From assembly GCA_020184695.1 (NCBI GenBank), contig JAANOX010000253.1, forward strand, positions 310,001 to 374,000: a stretch of 64,000 nt of DNA. The letters are read 5' to 3'. Below are positions 1 through 12,105 of the stretch, piece by piece. Both the position numbers and the translations under genes were made by a program. Every line of letters begins with the position of its first letter. Within the stretch, counting starts at the first letter, position 1. The notes under the pieces are model-generated. The model was not told where the DNA came from. It saw nothing but the letters and a program-made list of their open reading frames with translations, and did no database searches. The DNA comes from Histomonas meleagridis 2922-C6/04-290x (Eukaryota > Protista > Parabasalia).

Positions 1-33
1 GCGTAATCACTAATTTTATTTAATCGAGGAAAA

Positions 34-411
34 TTAATTGACTTTAATGACGTACAATATTGAATGAGATCCACAATATTTGAGTAGAGGAAAATCAACA
101 AGTTCTAATCTCGAACAACATGAAAATGCATACTCGGAAATTTCTGTAACATTTGGAAATGTAATTCTTTCTAGGTTCATGCAATTTTGAAAAACACTTT
201 CACCAATATATTTTAAGGAAAGAGCTTCAACGGAAATCAGATCTGGACACCTTGAAAATAGATATGATTCAAAACTCAAAGCATTTGCTAAGGAAAGATA
301 TTTCAAACTCATACAATAGTCAAATGAAACATATTCAGTGTTTTCAGCTGTAGTAACTATGGAAATGTTTTTTTTTATTGATATGCATACAAGAGAATAA
401 AGAGCCGACAA
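34..411 (-). pseudogene. BspA-like leucine-rich repeat (LRR_5) protein fragment
   Basis: Repeats such as 'LKYIGESVFQNCMNLERITFPNVTEISEYAFSCCSRLELVDFP' fit the BspA xIxxxAFxxCxxLxxI pattern. No clear ATG start and only ~4 repeats. Confidence 0.7.
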
Positions 412-1738
412 TTTGAAGTCAAAACTTTAAAAATAAATAAACTTTTGAAAAAAATTGACAACGATTTTTTAATAGTAGATCGTTTACTTTTCACAGAAAA
501 AACAAATTTAAATTGTAATTGTAATAAAAGAGCTTAGTATGAAAGAACGATATGTTTCTAAACTCTCTATTTCAAATATTCGTAATACAATATTAAATTA
601 ATCGTCCGTTTTTACCTATGGTGTAATTCTTCTTGAGCTCCGAATGTAACACATTGGGTTACCAATGAATCAGACAGTGTTTCTTTTACAAGAATGACCA
701 AAATAATCCAACAAGCAATAGATCTTTCTGTACTCTAGAGATATAGGAATTCTGTCAATGCTTTATGGAATTAACAATACAGAAAACAGATCAAGAAATC
801 GCAAGTAATGAATTATCAAACTGTATTTAAATCTCAAAGGAAGCTTATACCTGATATCTAAATAATGTGATAAGTTTAAAAAAGCTCAATCGTGAAGGAT
901 AACAGTGCAAAATTCATAGACAAAACAATCTAAAACGAGTTAATTTTTTAATGAAGAGTGTGATACTTTTTGTTTTGATATATTTAATTATAAGTGAGAA
1001 TGTCATGTCATAAGTAATAATTATTATCTTTTTCTCAATATTCTTGAAACACCTTATAATTTTCCTTTGTGTATATATGTAATATATTAACATTATTATT
1101 ACAAATGATAAATCAAAATATACATAAAATTAAAACGTATTAAAAATGTATTAAATTTTCCCAAAAATAGAATATGAACTTTTATGGGAACATTAAGATT
1201 AGATACCAAATTTCTTTTACTGTAGTATGATATGATAGCCATATTTTTTTGTTATGGATAAATTACATCCTTTATCGTATTAACGTCTGCATCTCTCAAT
1301 ATTTGAATACTTTACAATAAAAGATTTTGATCAATTGGTCACTTAATGAAACCCATTTTCTCCAAAATTAGAAAGGAAGCATAAAATTTTATGTTAAGAA
1401 ATTGGTCTCCAGACGTCATGTTAAAAAATTAATTCAGAGAAGAAATTTCTTTAGCAACATTGGCATAAATTAAGACACATTGAAACTTAAAGTTTAACAG
1501 TAACTTGGAAGAAAAAAATTTATGGTAATTTTAATCGGCTTCAATAGAATTATAATTCTAATTTTATATTGTTGGCGTTATTTCGGTTTTTTAGCAGGGT
1601 TTCATAGAAATAAACGGTGTCTTCATGACTTTTTCTGTTTTTTCATAGAAAAGTCTATTGAAATATCCATAAAAGAAATTGTGGTTTCTTAAATGAAAAA
1701 GTGGAAAAAAGACAGCTGGGCGAAAAACGCTATCACTG

Positions 1739-4645
1739 ATGGAAAATTGTTCGTCACACATTTTTATTACAATCCCATGCTTGAGCAAAACCATCATGAC
1801 AGATATTTCATTCAGCGAAAAAGTTTCTGATTTAATTAGTCGAGTACTTCTTGAATTAGGAATCAAAGAATTTTCAAATTTTCAACTCTTTGGAAAAAAA
1901 ATAAATTTACAAGCCATACCAAACGACAGCCTTTGTTACACATTATTTGCATCACCATATGATTCATTTCTTCTTCAAAACATTGATTTTACAATTGTTA
2001 AGATATACTTTGAAAATAAGGTTGCAAAAATTGAGTATAATCCAATAGCGCAACTTTCAGAGTTAATTTCCATTGCAGTCAATTGCTTGTCAATTGATAT
2101 TGGCGTAGATTATTTTCTAGCTATCGATGCCAAAACAAGTAATATTTTGCCATATGACCAGCCAATCAAAGATACAGACTCCATTATTTTAATGCCATTT
2201 TTTGTTTTTTTACCAGGAATTTTATTTACACCTAATACATTTCCAAGTCAAAAAGAGAATACGTTTTTAGTTTTCCAGTGCCTTTCAAGCGTCTTTTTTT
2301 CTAAGTCATTCCGCAACATTCTTGATCTTCTTAACTCACGTTCTAATACTCCATTTCACATATCAAAACTTACCAAGAAAAAGACTAAAGAAATATTTTC
2401 TTTATATATGGGAGAGAAGGACATGTCACGCATATCGCCTGACGATCTTAATTCATTTGCATTTATGTTACTTTCATCATCAGAGAAACCGTTAATGGGT
2501 GATCGTCTTCACAAACTTTCAATTGAAGCAATTGAGAGGGAAACCGACATAGAGCGCATTGAATTCATAACGGTCATCACCTCATATATGCCAATCTGCA
2601 CCTATTTTATATTACTTGAATTATCACAAATATATGGTGGTATTTTAAGTAATGAGAGAACGAGGCGAGAAGTTATATGTATTCTTACAGATTTACTTTT
2701 TCCAAAATCAATTAATCAAATGTCAGAAATGAAATTTGTTTCATATTTGTTAATGTTTTATTCCATAGTATTTTGTGTTCCACCTAAAGCTAATAACATC
2801 ATAAGGATCAAAGATGACACAATATATTTAGCAGAGAAGACAGAAAAAGAATATAAAATATATTCAATATATGGACCCGAAAATATAACATTTGAAGAAA
2901 CGGAAGAATTAAAAATGAATTCACAACTTTCGGAACTATTAGACAAATATTGTGATAAAGAAGATTATGATAATATCGAAACAGTTGATATCTTAGATGA
3001 ATTTGATACATTTAATAAGAAAATACAAAACTTATCAAATTTATTCTCCGAGTTTAAAGACATTGGAAAACGAATTAATTTATATACAAGAAGAAAATCA
3101 GATGCATCTAATGATGTACAATTAAATGCAGATAGACTTAGGAAGAAAAGAATTCACGGAGATAAAATGAGAAATAGACAAAGTATGAACCCGAAACATT
3201 TTCGTTCACATTTCGTTGCTAATGAAATTGGTTTTGATCAAAATGTTAATTTAGAAAAATCACATAGAAGTAAAGAAAGAAGACATAGAGGAAACGAAGG
3301 CAAAACAAGAAAACATGTAAGGTTTAGTGACGCGGTGGAAGGTTATGAAACTTCAAAAAGCGAAGATCTAAATGAAAGTGATAAGAAACTTTTGGTGTTT
3401 AATGATAATGATAGCGCAAAGAGTGAAGCAGATAAATATGATCAAGTGGCGATGAATATATTGCAAAATGATACAGTAAGTATCAGTGAAGAAACAAAAA
3501 GTATATTCGATAATGAACAAATGAAAGAAAATGAAATTGAAATAATTAATGATGAAAATGATGAAAAAGAAGAAAATGAAAATGATAACACTAATGACAT
3601 TAAGAGTAGCAAAAATGATAGCGAAAAAAATGAAATTGAAACAATTAATGATGAAAAAGAAGAAAATGATAAAACTAAAGACATTTCGAGTAGCACAAAT
3701 GATAATGAAAAAGAAATTGATTCGATTAATGATGAAAATGATGAAAAAACGAATGGAAAAGAAAAAAATGATAAAAGTAGTGAAAATGATGAAACAAATG
3801 AAATGCAAAATAAATCTGATAAAAACATTCAAACCAGCGAAAGTGAAAATACATTTAATGAGAAAGAAGAAAATGAAATCACAACAATCAATGATGAAAA
3901 TAACGAAAAATTAATTGAGATTAATAATAATAAAGAAAACGAAAACAATGAAACAAATGAAAATGAAATTACAATAATTAATGATGAAAATTATGAAGAG
4001 CCAAAAACAAAAGAAAATGAATTTGCGAATGATGAAGATATCAAAAGCAACGAAAACGAAGAAATAAAGGAAAACGAAATCATTAACAATGAAAGTGATG
4101 AAGAAAGTGAAAACGATAACATTGATAACAGTGATAACGAAAACAACAAAGAGATCGCAAAGGAAGGCGATGAAGAAAATGAAGTTGTACAAACTAAAGA
4201 GAACAAAACATCTGAAAATGAAAATGCAGAAGAAGAACAAATAACAGAAAACATCGAACAAAGTGACGAAGAAATCAAAAGTAATGAAAATGAAGAAGCA
4301 GAAAATGAAAATAGTGAAAACACAAATGATAAAGAAATTAGTGAAAATGCAAACACTGAAGAAACAGAAAGTGAAAACATAAATAACAAAGAAATTGAAG
4401 AAGATGACAAAGAAGTCAAAAGTACTGAAAACGTTAATACCGAAGAAACAGAAAGTGAAAACATAAATAACAAAGAAATTGAAGAAGATGAAGACATTGA
4501 ACAAAATGAAAAGGAAGTCAAAAGTACCGAAAACGTTAATGAAAACGTAAATACCGAAGAAACAGAAAGTGAAAACAGTGAAGAAACTATGACTGAAATC
4601 ACCGATGAAAGCGAATTTTCTGATAGCGAAAGTCTTGGAGATTGA
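1739..4645 (+). CDS. Divergent RhoGAP-like domain protein with long Glu/Asn-rich acidic low-complexity tail
   Basis: 968-aa ORF. 'DDLNSFAFMLLSSSEKPLMGDRL...ERIEFITVITSYMPICTYFIL' resembles the RhoGAP core. The C-terminal ~400 aa are E/N-rich. Confidence 0.6.
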   Translation: MENCSSHIFITIPCLSKTIMTDISFSEKVSDLISRVLLELGIKEFSNFQLFGKKINLQAIPNDSLCYTLFASPYDSFLLQNIDFTIVKIYFENKVAKIEYNPIAQLSELISIAVNCLSIDIGVDYFLAIDAKTSNILPYDQPIKDTDSIILMPFFVFLPGILFTPNTFPSQKENTFLVFQCLSSVFFSKSFRNILDLLNSRSNTPFHISKLTKKKTKEIFSLYMGEKDMSRISPDDLNSFAFMLLSSSEKPLMGDRLHKLSIEAIERETDIERIEFITVITSYMPICTYFILLELSQIYGGILSNERTRREVICILTDLLFPKSINQMSEMKFVSYLLMFYSIVFCVPPKANNIIRIKDDTIYLAEKTEKEYKIYSIYGPENITFEETEELKMNSQLSELLDKYCDKEDYDNIETVDILDEFDTFNKKIQNLSNLFSEFKDIGKRINLYTRRKSDASNDVQLNADRLRKKRIHGDKMRNRQSMNPKHFRSHFVANEIGFDQNVNLEKSHRSKERRHRGNEGKTRKHVRFSDAVEGYETSKSEDLNESDKKLLVFNDNDSAKSEADKYDQVAMNILQNDTVSISEETKSIFDNEQMKENEIEIINDENDEKEENENDNTNDIKSSKNDSEKNEIETINDEKEENDKTKDISSSTNDNEKEIDSINDENDEKTNGKEKNDKSSENDETNEMQNKSDKNIQTSESENTFNEKEENEITTINDENNEKLIEINNNKENENNETNENEITIINDENYEEPKTKENEFANDEDIKSNENEEIKENEIINNESDEESENDNIDNSDNENNKEIAKEGDEENEVVQTKENKTSENENAEEEQITENIEQSDEEIKSNENEEAENENSENTNDKEISENANTEETESENINNKEIEEDDKEVKSTENVNTEETESENINNKEIEEDEDIEQNEKEVKSTENVNENVNTEETESENSEETMTEITDESEFSDSESLGD
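4345..4578 (+). repeat. Coding tandem repeat (NTEETESENINNKEIEED..KEVKSTENV, ~3 units)
   Basis: Near-identical nucleotide units 'gaagaaacagaaagtgaaaac' recur at ~4359, ~4442 and ~4557. Confidence 0.85.
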
Positions 4646-5013
4646 ATGAAGATTTTTCTTGCCAAAAATTTTTCTATATTTTTAAACAATAGTTTCAGCG
4701 TCATCTTTATAATTGAAATGTAAAATCTTCATTTTTTTTAAGAAATGAAAATAACAACGTAGGTAATTAATGTTTTTTTAGCTTAACATCAAAAAATACA
4801 TGAAAATAATAAAAAGACATTTATTTTTTATGTATTGAAAGACAAAAAAATCCTTCTGAAATCATCTGCTCTGCGTACAGTCTCTTAAATTTCAATACTT
4901 TATGGATATAAAATTGATTGATTTGTTTGTGAGTGTAATTCATTCAATTTTTGGGCCACACCATTTTTTGCTTAAGTTTTTATTATAATTTTAAGTTAAC
5001 GGTTTCAGTTGGA

Positions 5014-6027
5014 ATGGCATCATTCATGGCGCTTGATTTTATTGGGAATTATGAATTACGAGGCGCCATTGGAGAAGGGGCCTTTTCAATCGTGAGGCTT
5101 GCTTTGAATCAAACCACTCAGAAGTTTTGTGCTTGTAAAATTATCCCAAGATCCAGGCTGATGATTAACAACCTGGACATAAGGTTTGAAAACGAAATCC
5201 GTATTAACCAACAACTTCACCATCCAAACATTGTTCAGCTAATTGATTTACAAAAAGATGAAAAGTATTACTACATTATTATGGAATTTTGTCCGAATGG
5301 AGAACTTTTCCGATACGTAATCTCTCAAACGCGTCTCAAGGAGTACGAAGCTAAGATTTTTCTTACTCAAATTTTGGAAGGAATCAAATATGTACATTCC
5401 CTTGGAATATGTCACAGAGACCTTAAGCCCGAGAACCTTCTGATTGACGAGTATGGCCGAGTCAAAATCAGTGACTTTGGTCTCTCTCGATTTGTTGATA
5501 AAAATGGCCTTGTTGACACCCCCTGTGGCTCTCCATGCTATGCCTCTCCTGAGTGTGTCTCAGGGAAGCCATACGACGGTCGCAAGAGTGATATATGGAG
5601 TATTGGTGTCATATCATATGCTATGCTTACTGGCCAACTTCCATGGACAAAACGCAATCAACAACAGCTCTTTGAGCAAATACGCCGTGGGGAGTACATC
5701 ATTCCTAACTACCTTAGTGAACAATGCAGAAATTTTATCCAAGGATTAATGACGGTCGATTGCACACGCCGCCTCACGGTTGACCTTGCTCTTGCGCACC
5801 CATGGATACGAGGATGTCAGGTACCGCTTCTGATGCCGACGTATGTTAACAATATGATTTCTCTGCAACAAGTCGATCTGTTTTTCGACAGAGACGAGTC
5901 AGACAGTAGCCTCAAGTCTATAGAAATCGAGGAATCACCTTCAATGGAAATGATGGATTTCGACACCGTGATGAATATCATTGCCGAAAATGGTGAGATT
6001 TACTATGATGAGGGTGATGAAAGGTAG
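5014..6027 (+). CDS. CAMK-group (SNF1/AMPK-like) Ser/Thr protein kinase
   Basis: GEGAFS, ACK, HRDLKPEN, DFG and 'TPCGSPCYASPE' motifs. First ATG is 5014 (alternative 5026). Confidence 0.95.
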   Translation: MASFMALDFIGNYELRGAIGEGAFSIVRLALNQTTQKFCACKIIPRSRLMINNLDIRFENEIRINQQLHHPNIVQLIDLQKDEKYYYIIMEFCPNGELFRYVISQTRLKEYEAKIFLTQILEGIKYVHSLGICHRDLKPENLLIDEYGRVKISDFGLSRFVDKNGLVDTPCGSPCYASPECVSGKPYDGRKSDIWSIGVISYAMLTGQLPWTKRNQQQLFEQIRRGEYIIPNYLSEQCRNFIQGLMTVDCTRRLTVDLALAHPWIRGCQVPLLMPTYVNNMISLQQVDLFFDRDESDSSLKSIEIEESPSMEMMDFDTVMNIIAENGEIYYDEGDER

Positions 6028-6252
6028 GAAAAATAGAGTTAAATCTTTATAGAACTGAGTAACTGTTGCTTTTGCTATTTTTTGCCCTCATATGAAATGA
6101 GTTAATTGATTGTGCAAAAAACGGTTTATTAAAGCCATAAAATAATTGGGAAGTTTACATTTGATTTTAAATTCAAAATTTTCGTGAAAAAACCGATAAA
6201 ATTCCGATAAATTTTCAAAGATTCTGGATGAATGATCTTCATTTCATAAATT

Positions 6253-6777
6253 ATGATTTTTTTAATTACCTCACTTATGAGAATCTCTTCTCTTGAAGGA
6301 AAGAAAGTGCTTGTTGCTTTTTATACAAAAACAGGAACAACAAAACAAGTTGCAGATATCATCAAAGAAAACATTGATGGTGACATATTTCAAATTCAAA
6401 CTTTAACCCCATATCCAGATGATCATGATATGTTAATTGGCCAAGTGAAAAAAGAACTCAAAAATGAAAATTTTCCAGAAATTGTTTCAAAAGGTGATAT
6501 AGCAAACTATGGTGTAATATTTGTTGGCTCCCCATGTTGGTGGAGCAGGCTTTCATGCCCTGTTGCAACATTTTTGAAATCATCAAATTTCAGTGGAAAA
6601 ATTATTATTCCTTTTGTCACTCATGGCGGAAGTGGTATTGCATTTACAGTTAATGATATAAAGAAATATGCTCCAGGCGCAAAAGTTTTAGGTGGGGCAG
6701 CATTTGGAGATAAGCGCTGGGTGAGACAATTCCAAAGATCAGAAGTTGAACATTGGCTTAATGGAATCAATTTATAA
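6253..6777 (+). CDS. Bacterial-type flavodoxin (Flavodoxin_4-like)
   Basis: 'VLVAFYTKTGTTKQVA', 'IFVGSPCWW' and 'PFVTHGGSG' flavodoxin motifs. TCATT Inr lies upstream. Confidence 0.9.
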   Translation: MIFLITSLMRISSLEGKKVLVAFYTKTGTTKQVADIIKENIDGDIFQIQTLTPYPDDHDMLIGQVKKELKNENFPEIVSKGDIANYGVIFVGSPCWWSRLSCPVATFLKSSNFSGKIIIPFVTHGGSGIAFTVNDIKKYAPGAKVLGGAAFGDKRWVRQFQRSEVEHWLNGINL

Positions 6778-7051
6778 TAAAAATACTTATATTTTTTATT
6801 TTCATAAATTTGCTCAAAATTTCAAATGCTGTTTCATATTATCCTTCAAATGATAAATTATTCCAAAAAAACACAAAACATTATTAATATTTGTTATAGC
6901 AGTGCTTTGTTTTTTAAATCTTCATTTAATTTTTGTTGGCAAATCTAAAAAAAAGCAATAACGTTCCCTGTCAGAAAAATCGCTTTTGAAGGAACTGGTC
7001 GGGCAGAAAAACCGCCACGAAATTCAGTGATGTAAAGTTTTTAAAATACCA

Positions 7052-8107
7052 ATGGACTTTACCACCATCCTTTGGATTCTTGGGAGCATTTGCTCATCAA
7101 CATCAATCATTATTGTAAACAAGTATGTATTCAGTACATATAAGTTTGCCTCTCCAACATTTCTTACAGCTTATCATTTTATAATGACATTCTGTTTATT
7201 AGAAATTATGTGTCGTATGAAGCTTTTCCCTCGAGCAACAAATATTCCTTCATCTGCTAGATGGGGTATGGCTTGTATTTCAGTCGCAGGTGTTGTATTT
7301 ATGAATTTTAATCTTAATATGAATTCTGTTGGTTTTTACCAACTTTCCAAATTATGCTGCATTCCATTTCTAGTTGTATATAACTTTTTCTTCTTAGGCA
7401 AGACCACACCTCCAAAAATCTTATTTTCCTTATTTATATTACTTGTTGGAATTTCTTTATTCACAGTCAATGATGTCCAAGTCAATATCCCTGGCTCAAT
7501 AATTGCAGTTCTTGCAGTTATTTCTGTATCTATTCAGCAAACAAAGATGGGCACAATGCAAAAAGAATATCAATGTAATGGGCCATCAGTTCAACATGCC
7601 ACCGCATTTGAGCAATTTGTTATTTGTCTTTTTGTTGCTTGTTTAATCGAGACCAGTGGAAAGCACAACATTATTTCTCATCAATTTCAAAAATCGGAAA
7701 TAATTTTAATTATTTTGACCGGCATCATTTCATGTGGTGTAAATGTTTGTTCGTTTGGTCTGATTGGTAAGACATCTCCAATTACATATCAAGTTGTTGG
7801 TCATGTTAAAACAATTTTAATTTTCATTTTCGGACTCTTAATGTTCCCACCTGACGAAAATGAAACAAGAGCAATGTTCATAAAGAAAGTTAGCGGGCTG
7901 ATAATTTCAATGACAGGCGTAATATTGTACACATACTTCAACTTAAAGGACAAAGAAGAAAGCACAAAAGAAGAACTTGAAACGCTTTTATCTGGCGAAG
8001 AGGACCAAAAAGAAAAGTCGGATTATTCGGAGGAAGAATCGAATGAAAAAGAAATAGATGCTAAAGAGGATAGAGGAGAAGAAAAAAGCGAAAATAATCA
8101 AGTGTAA
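7052..8107 (+). CDS. Nucleotide-sugar transporter, TPT/SLC35E3-like (plant URGT/UXT-like clade)
   Basis: ~10 TM segments with 'PTFLTAYHF', 'MNFNLNMNSVGFYQLSK' and 'GKTSPITYQVVGHVKT'. Confidence 0.9.
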   Translation: MDFTTILWILGSICSSTSIIIVNKYVFSTYKFASPTFLTAYHFIMTFCLLEIMCRMKLFPRATNIPSSARWGMACISVAGVVFMNFNLNMNSVGFYQLSKLCCIPFLVVYNFFFLGKTTPPKILFSLFILLVGISLFTVNDVQVNIPGSIIAVLAVISVSIQQTKMGTMQKEYQCNGPSVQHATAFEQFVICLFVACLIETSGKHNIISHQFQKSEIILIILTGIISCGVNVCSFGLIGKTSPITYQVVGHVKTILIFIFGLLMFPPDENETRAMFIKKVSGLIISMTGVILYTYFNLKDKEESTKEELETLLSGEEDQKEKSDYSEEESNEKEIDAKEDRGEEKSENNQV

Positions 8108-9085
8108 GGTCAAAATAAATAGAAAACTCCTGTCAATTTTATGTGATATTGTGGTACGTGATATCTCAGTAAATCGATTTACCGTTATCTTCATATTGTT
8201 TGAAATTAGATTTTGTGTTTAATTAAATTTGTATAACAGAGAATTGTATTAATCTTGTGATCATTGATTACAATAATATAATAATTACGCTCTAGCCATT
8301 GATATATGTAAAATATTTCAAAATTGAATATAAAAATTTTTATTTCCTTTAAATATTGATATACATTAGTATGAACAGAGAATGATTGATTTGAGAAGTT
8401 ATTATATGTATATAATCTATACTATAGATATGAATAGATAGATACAGAGTGTTCTGAAAATTAAATAAATCTCAGAATATATTTTTTTCAGCAAATGAAA
8501 AAAATCACAACAACATAATAAATTTGTTTAATTTTGATCTGATAATCTTACCATAGATAAATATTTGAAACTTTTTATATACGGGTTTTTTAAAATATAA
8601 TGAAGATTTAAAGTTATATTGATTTTAAATTTGAAGACATTTTTATATAAAAAATATAAAATATTTGGTCCATTTCCTTATATGGATTCTATGTCATATA
8701 AAAAATATAATGTTATTCATTAGTTGGTCAACCATCTGTCACAAAAAAAATATTGATCTAATAGATTTAATATTTCAAATAAAATAGCTATCGCACGGGC
8801 TTTATATTTCATAGGTTAAGAAATCAAAAACTTTTCATCTGTAAAAGATATTTTTATTTTTTAAAATCACACGCCGATCTTCTCAAAAAGTGGAATTTAA
8901 CGATAGTAAAACGTTAATTTGACACTTTTTAATCATAAGTCGATCACGTTCTTCACAGAAAAAAACTATCGTTGAGCAATTAAAAATCTAGAAAATTTTC
9001 AGAACATAAGTAAAATCATAAGCCCGCCAATGCCATCCGAGGTGTTTTAGAGGAATCCATGATATGATATGACTGGAAGTAAACC

Positions 9086-10609
9086 ATCATATCCTATTTT
9101 ATGATGCTATTAATCATCTCTTTTTCACTTGTGTAACCAACCAGATTTTGTAATAACAATCAAAATTTTAACTGTTATTAGAGATATTCTAACTGATAAT
9201 AATATCCAACAATTACACCAAGTAACCAAGTTGTTACATGTTACAAATCCATTTTTCAATATTATGACAATATCAATTGATCCAATATATCAAGTATTAT
9301 CTTGGATCCCTCCAATCTCCATATTTCCTTCATTGTTGTGGGTTTTGTGGTGTTTTGTCTTTCAACATTCTTTATCCATTTTTATCTTGGTTGAAATATT
9401 TCAAAATTCAAATTTTTGTTGTGATGTTGGCTACCCATCAAACTGTATCCAGTTATCGAACCCAAAAGACCATTCAAATTTTCTTTTGATCATATTTATT
9501 GATATCCAAATATTTTGTAATCAACACGATGTCCGTCTTCCTTTATCAATTGTATCAACACTGCACCCTTTGTTTCCTAACACCAAGTGATGATCATAGT
9601 TTTGTCATGTGAACATTTATGGAAGCTATGTTGCACCGACCACTTTCCAGAAAAAAGCACATAATTTTTAAATGAATGTTCTGGAATTTATGGTCACAAA
9701 AAAATTGTAACGAAATACGTCAACCGCAAATTTCAAACAAAAGTTGGAATTTTCACAGGTATTATTTTTACATTATCAAAAAGTTATCGGAGACTTTTTT
9801 GCTTTTTAAGAAAATTGTATTAAAATCATCTGCATGGCCATCATCACCTCATTATCTAATAAGCATGACTGCTGCGAATTACCAGCCCCTCGTCAACTTC
9901 TGTCTTGGGATCATTCTTGATGGCAACGAATATCCGGATCAAATCATAAATTACATAAGCAGCTGCTTGACAACTATCATACAGCAACAGGAAAACACAG
10001 AAGCAGCAATAAACTACATCAATTTGTTTCCAATGGGCAACTTAGCTCTCATTCGCCTCAACGAGATCTTAAGTTGCAGAAACCAGCCACCACTTCCAGT
10101 TGAAGGCGACATCTTCAAGTGTAACTCTGGGGGTCGACAAGTTACACGTCACTGGAAGTATGCCGAAGACAATCGCTTGCTATGCGGCATTTACTTGTAC
10201 GGTACAGAATGGAGCCTGATCGCCACATTTGTCGGGAACGGAAGAGATAATTCGCAATGCCAACAAAGATGGCAAAGGGTTCTTTACCCAGGCATACGAA
10301 ACAAGCAATGGACACTGAACGATTACATAAAGCTTGCCAAGTTGCATAGTACCTATGGTAACAAATGGGCGCAAATTGCTCGGGAAATAGGCGATACTTC
10401 GGACGCACAGTGCCGTTATCGCTACAATTCAATGTTGACGTCACTGTTTCGCTTCTAAAGAAGATGAAGAATAAGGTAATTCATTACCTTTGGATTTAAT
10501 AAACAAATCCAAACACAAAATTTTAAGAGTTTTTACTGATATTTATACGCACAATGTGTTGTACCTCGCCAGGGAAACTCATCAACTTCCACTCGATGCG
10601 ATGTTATTT
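9086..10609 (+). repeat. Arm 1 of ~1.52-kb inverted segmental duplication (partner 17445-18972)
   Basis: The reverse complement of 17445-18972 matches almost base for base. Both ends were located by eye. Confidence 0.95.
9865..10458 (+). CDS. R2R3-type Myb DNA-binding protein
   Basis: 'WKYAEDNRLL...W..IA...GR..QC.QRW...L.P.I....W...D...' two-repeat Myb pattern. ATG 9865 has a TCATT Inr ~12 nt upstream. Confidence 0.9.
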   Translation: MTAANYQPLVNFCLGIILDGNEYPDQIINYISSCLTTIIQQQENTEAAINYINLFPMGNLALIRLNEILSCRNQPPLPVEGDIFKCNSGGRQVTRHWKYAEDNRLLCGIYLYGTEWSLIATFVGNGRDNSQCQQRWQRVLYPGIRNKQWTLNDYIKLAKLHSTYGNKWAQIAREIGDTSDAQCRYRYNSMLTSLFRF

Positions 10610-10619
10610 ATCACGTTTA

Positions 10620-10930
10620 CAATATAAAGCGCATGAACCAGTTCGTGAATGTGTTTTAATACTATTGTAAGTGATTTCATAAAATAAGGAAAATCATTAA
10701 CACTATTGTTGTTACACATATCTGTTAGTATAACACCAAATCCATGTAAATTTGGAAGGGATACAATTGATGCTATTGAATGTATAATTATCTTTAACAA
10801 ATTTGCACAAAATGTTAACCTTGAAGATCTTGGGCAATCTTGTTTAATATGTTTTAAGGGTGCTGATTCCAACCCTAGATCAGATGTATTTCAATGTGTA
10901 TTGCAATTTTCGAAAACATTAATTTGACGT
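10620..10930 (-). pseudogene. Possible TBC/Rab-GAP domain fragment
   Basis: 'HIKQDCPRS...LLKII...PNLHGFG..LTDMC' loosely resembles the IxxDxxR and YxQG motifs of TBC domains. Confidence 0.25.
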
Positions 10931-10949
10931 GTTGTTTATAATGTATCAA

Positions 10950-11800
10950 TAGCAAAGAGTAATAGACATTTAGCTATGTCAAAATTCTTTGTTAATGATC
11001 TAAATCAATTGTCTGGTTATAAAGCTATGTATATATATATATATATATATCGATTGGAAAAATATCTATAAAACAACACAAGAAAACCAACAAGATATAA
11101 TAAATCTTAAAGTTCCCCAATATTATGGTGACATAACATCTAAAATTAAAAATTTTGGAGAATATGATTTTAAAAGCATTGATATTTTTCCTAAGACGTA
11201 TTTTGGTCTTTCATATTTTTTATACGAAACAGATTATAAATGGCTTCATAGAGGTGCTGATGATAATGTTATTAATGTAAAACATAAAGAATCATACTTT
11301 AAATCACTAGAGATGAAATATGATCCACATACAGAACCAGTGATTTTAGGCTCTTGTGTTAAGACTCCTTCAACCAAAGAGTTTCTTCAAGGTGGTTCTG
11401 GATATCTTTATTCTAGGAAAGCGGTCGAATTAATGCTTCCGATTTATAAAAATGTTATATTTCATTGTAAATTAGCCGAAGATGTTTGTCATAATGAATT
11501 CTTACATAGATTAAACATTAGTATTGTTGATGCAACATCATTTAACTTTTTGGAATATTCATTTGACAATGAAGATTTGCAGAAAATATATAATAGTGAT
11601 TTTACTAATTTGACTTTATGTCCTGAAGAAAAGTATCCACAAGATATAGAGCTTTGTGGATCTTTTCGTGGTCCACTTGATAGAGTTTATTTCTTTCAAC
11701 ACTATGTATGGTATGGATGTAGATAAATTAATAGAAAGGTCCAAAAGACTTTTGCCGTTAATGATAATACAGTTCATTATTATTTCCCTGATTTAAGATT
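10950..11800 (+). pseudogene. GT31 (galactosyltransferase/Fringe-like) glycosyltransferase pseudogene
   Basis: 'YKWLHRGADDNVIN...YDPHTEPVILGSC...LQGGSGYLYSRKAV...AEDV'. The frame is broken around a (TA)n tract at 11030-11050. Confidence 0.75.
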
Positions 11801-12105
11801 TTCTAAACTATGTCGAGTTAAAGAGAAAGAATTTAATGTAATCAAATTGTTATAATATAAAAAAATAAAAACAAAATTCCTTCAAATATGAAGAATTGAG
11901 TAGAGATTAATAAATCAGGGCGTGAATCAATTTATAAATAAAGAAGCTTAATATAATATTATTATTAATTTAGATAAGATGATCAATAAAAATATTCTTA
12001 TTTTAAAATTCCAATAGCATTAATCTAATCTATAGCTATACATTAAAAAACACACATAAAAAAAGCATCAAAAAGTAACACCAAGTTGACTACCTCTCTC
12101 TTTAT

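Noticed and set aside
602-830. Protein-kinase subdomain IX-like 'SSVFTYGVILLEL' fragment
   Set aside because: A single short motif amid stops, with no other kinase subdomains recoverable.
3368-4704. Long F/I/S-rich minus-strand ORFs and the M/K-rich alternative frame
   Set aside because: Shadows of the GAA/AAT-rich acidic coding repeat on the plus strand.
9129-9590. ORFs inside the duplicated 9086-9600 segment
   Set aside because: No recognisable motifs in any frame, and the two copies break the ORFs differently.
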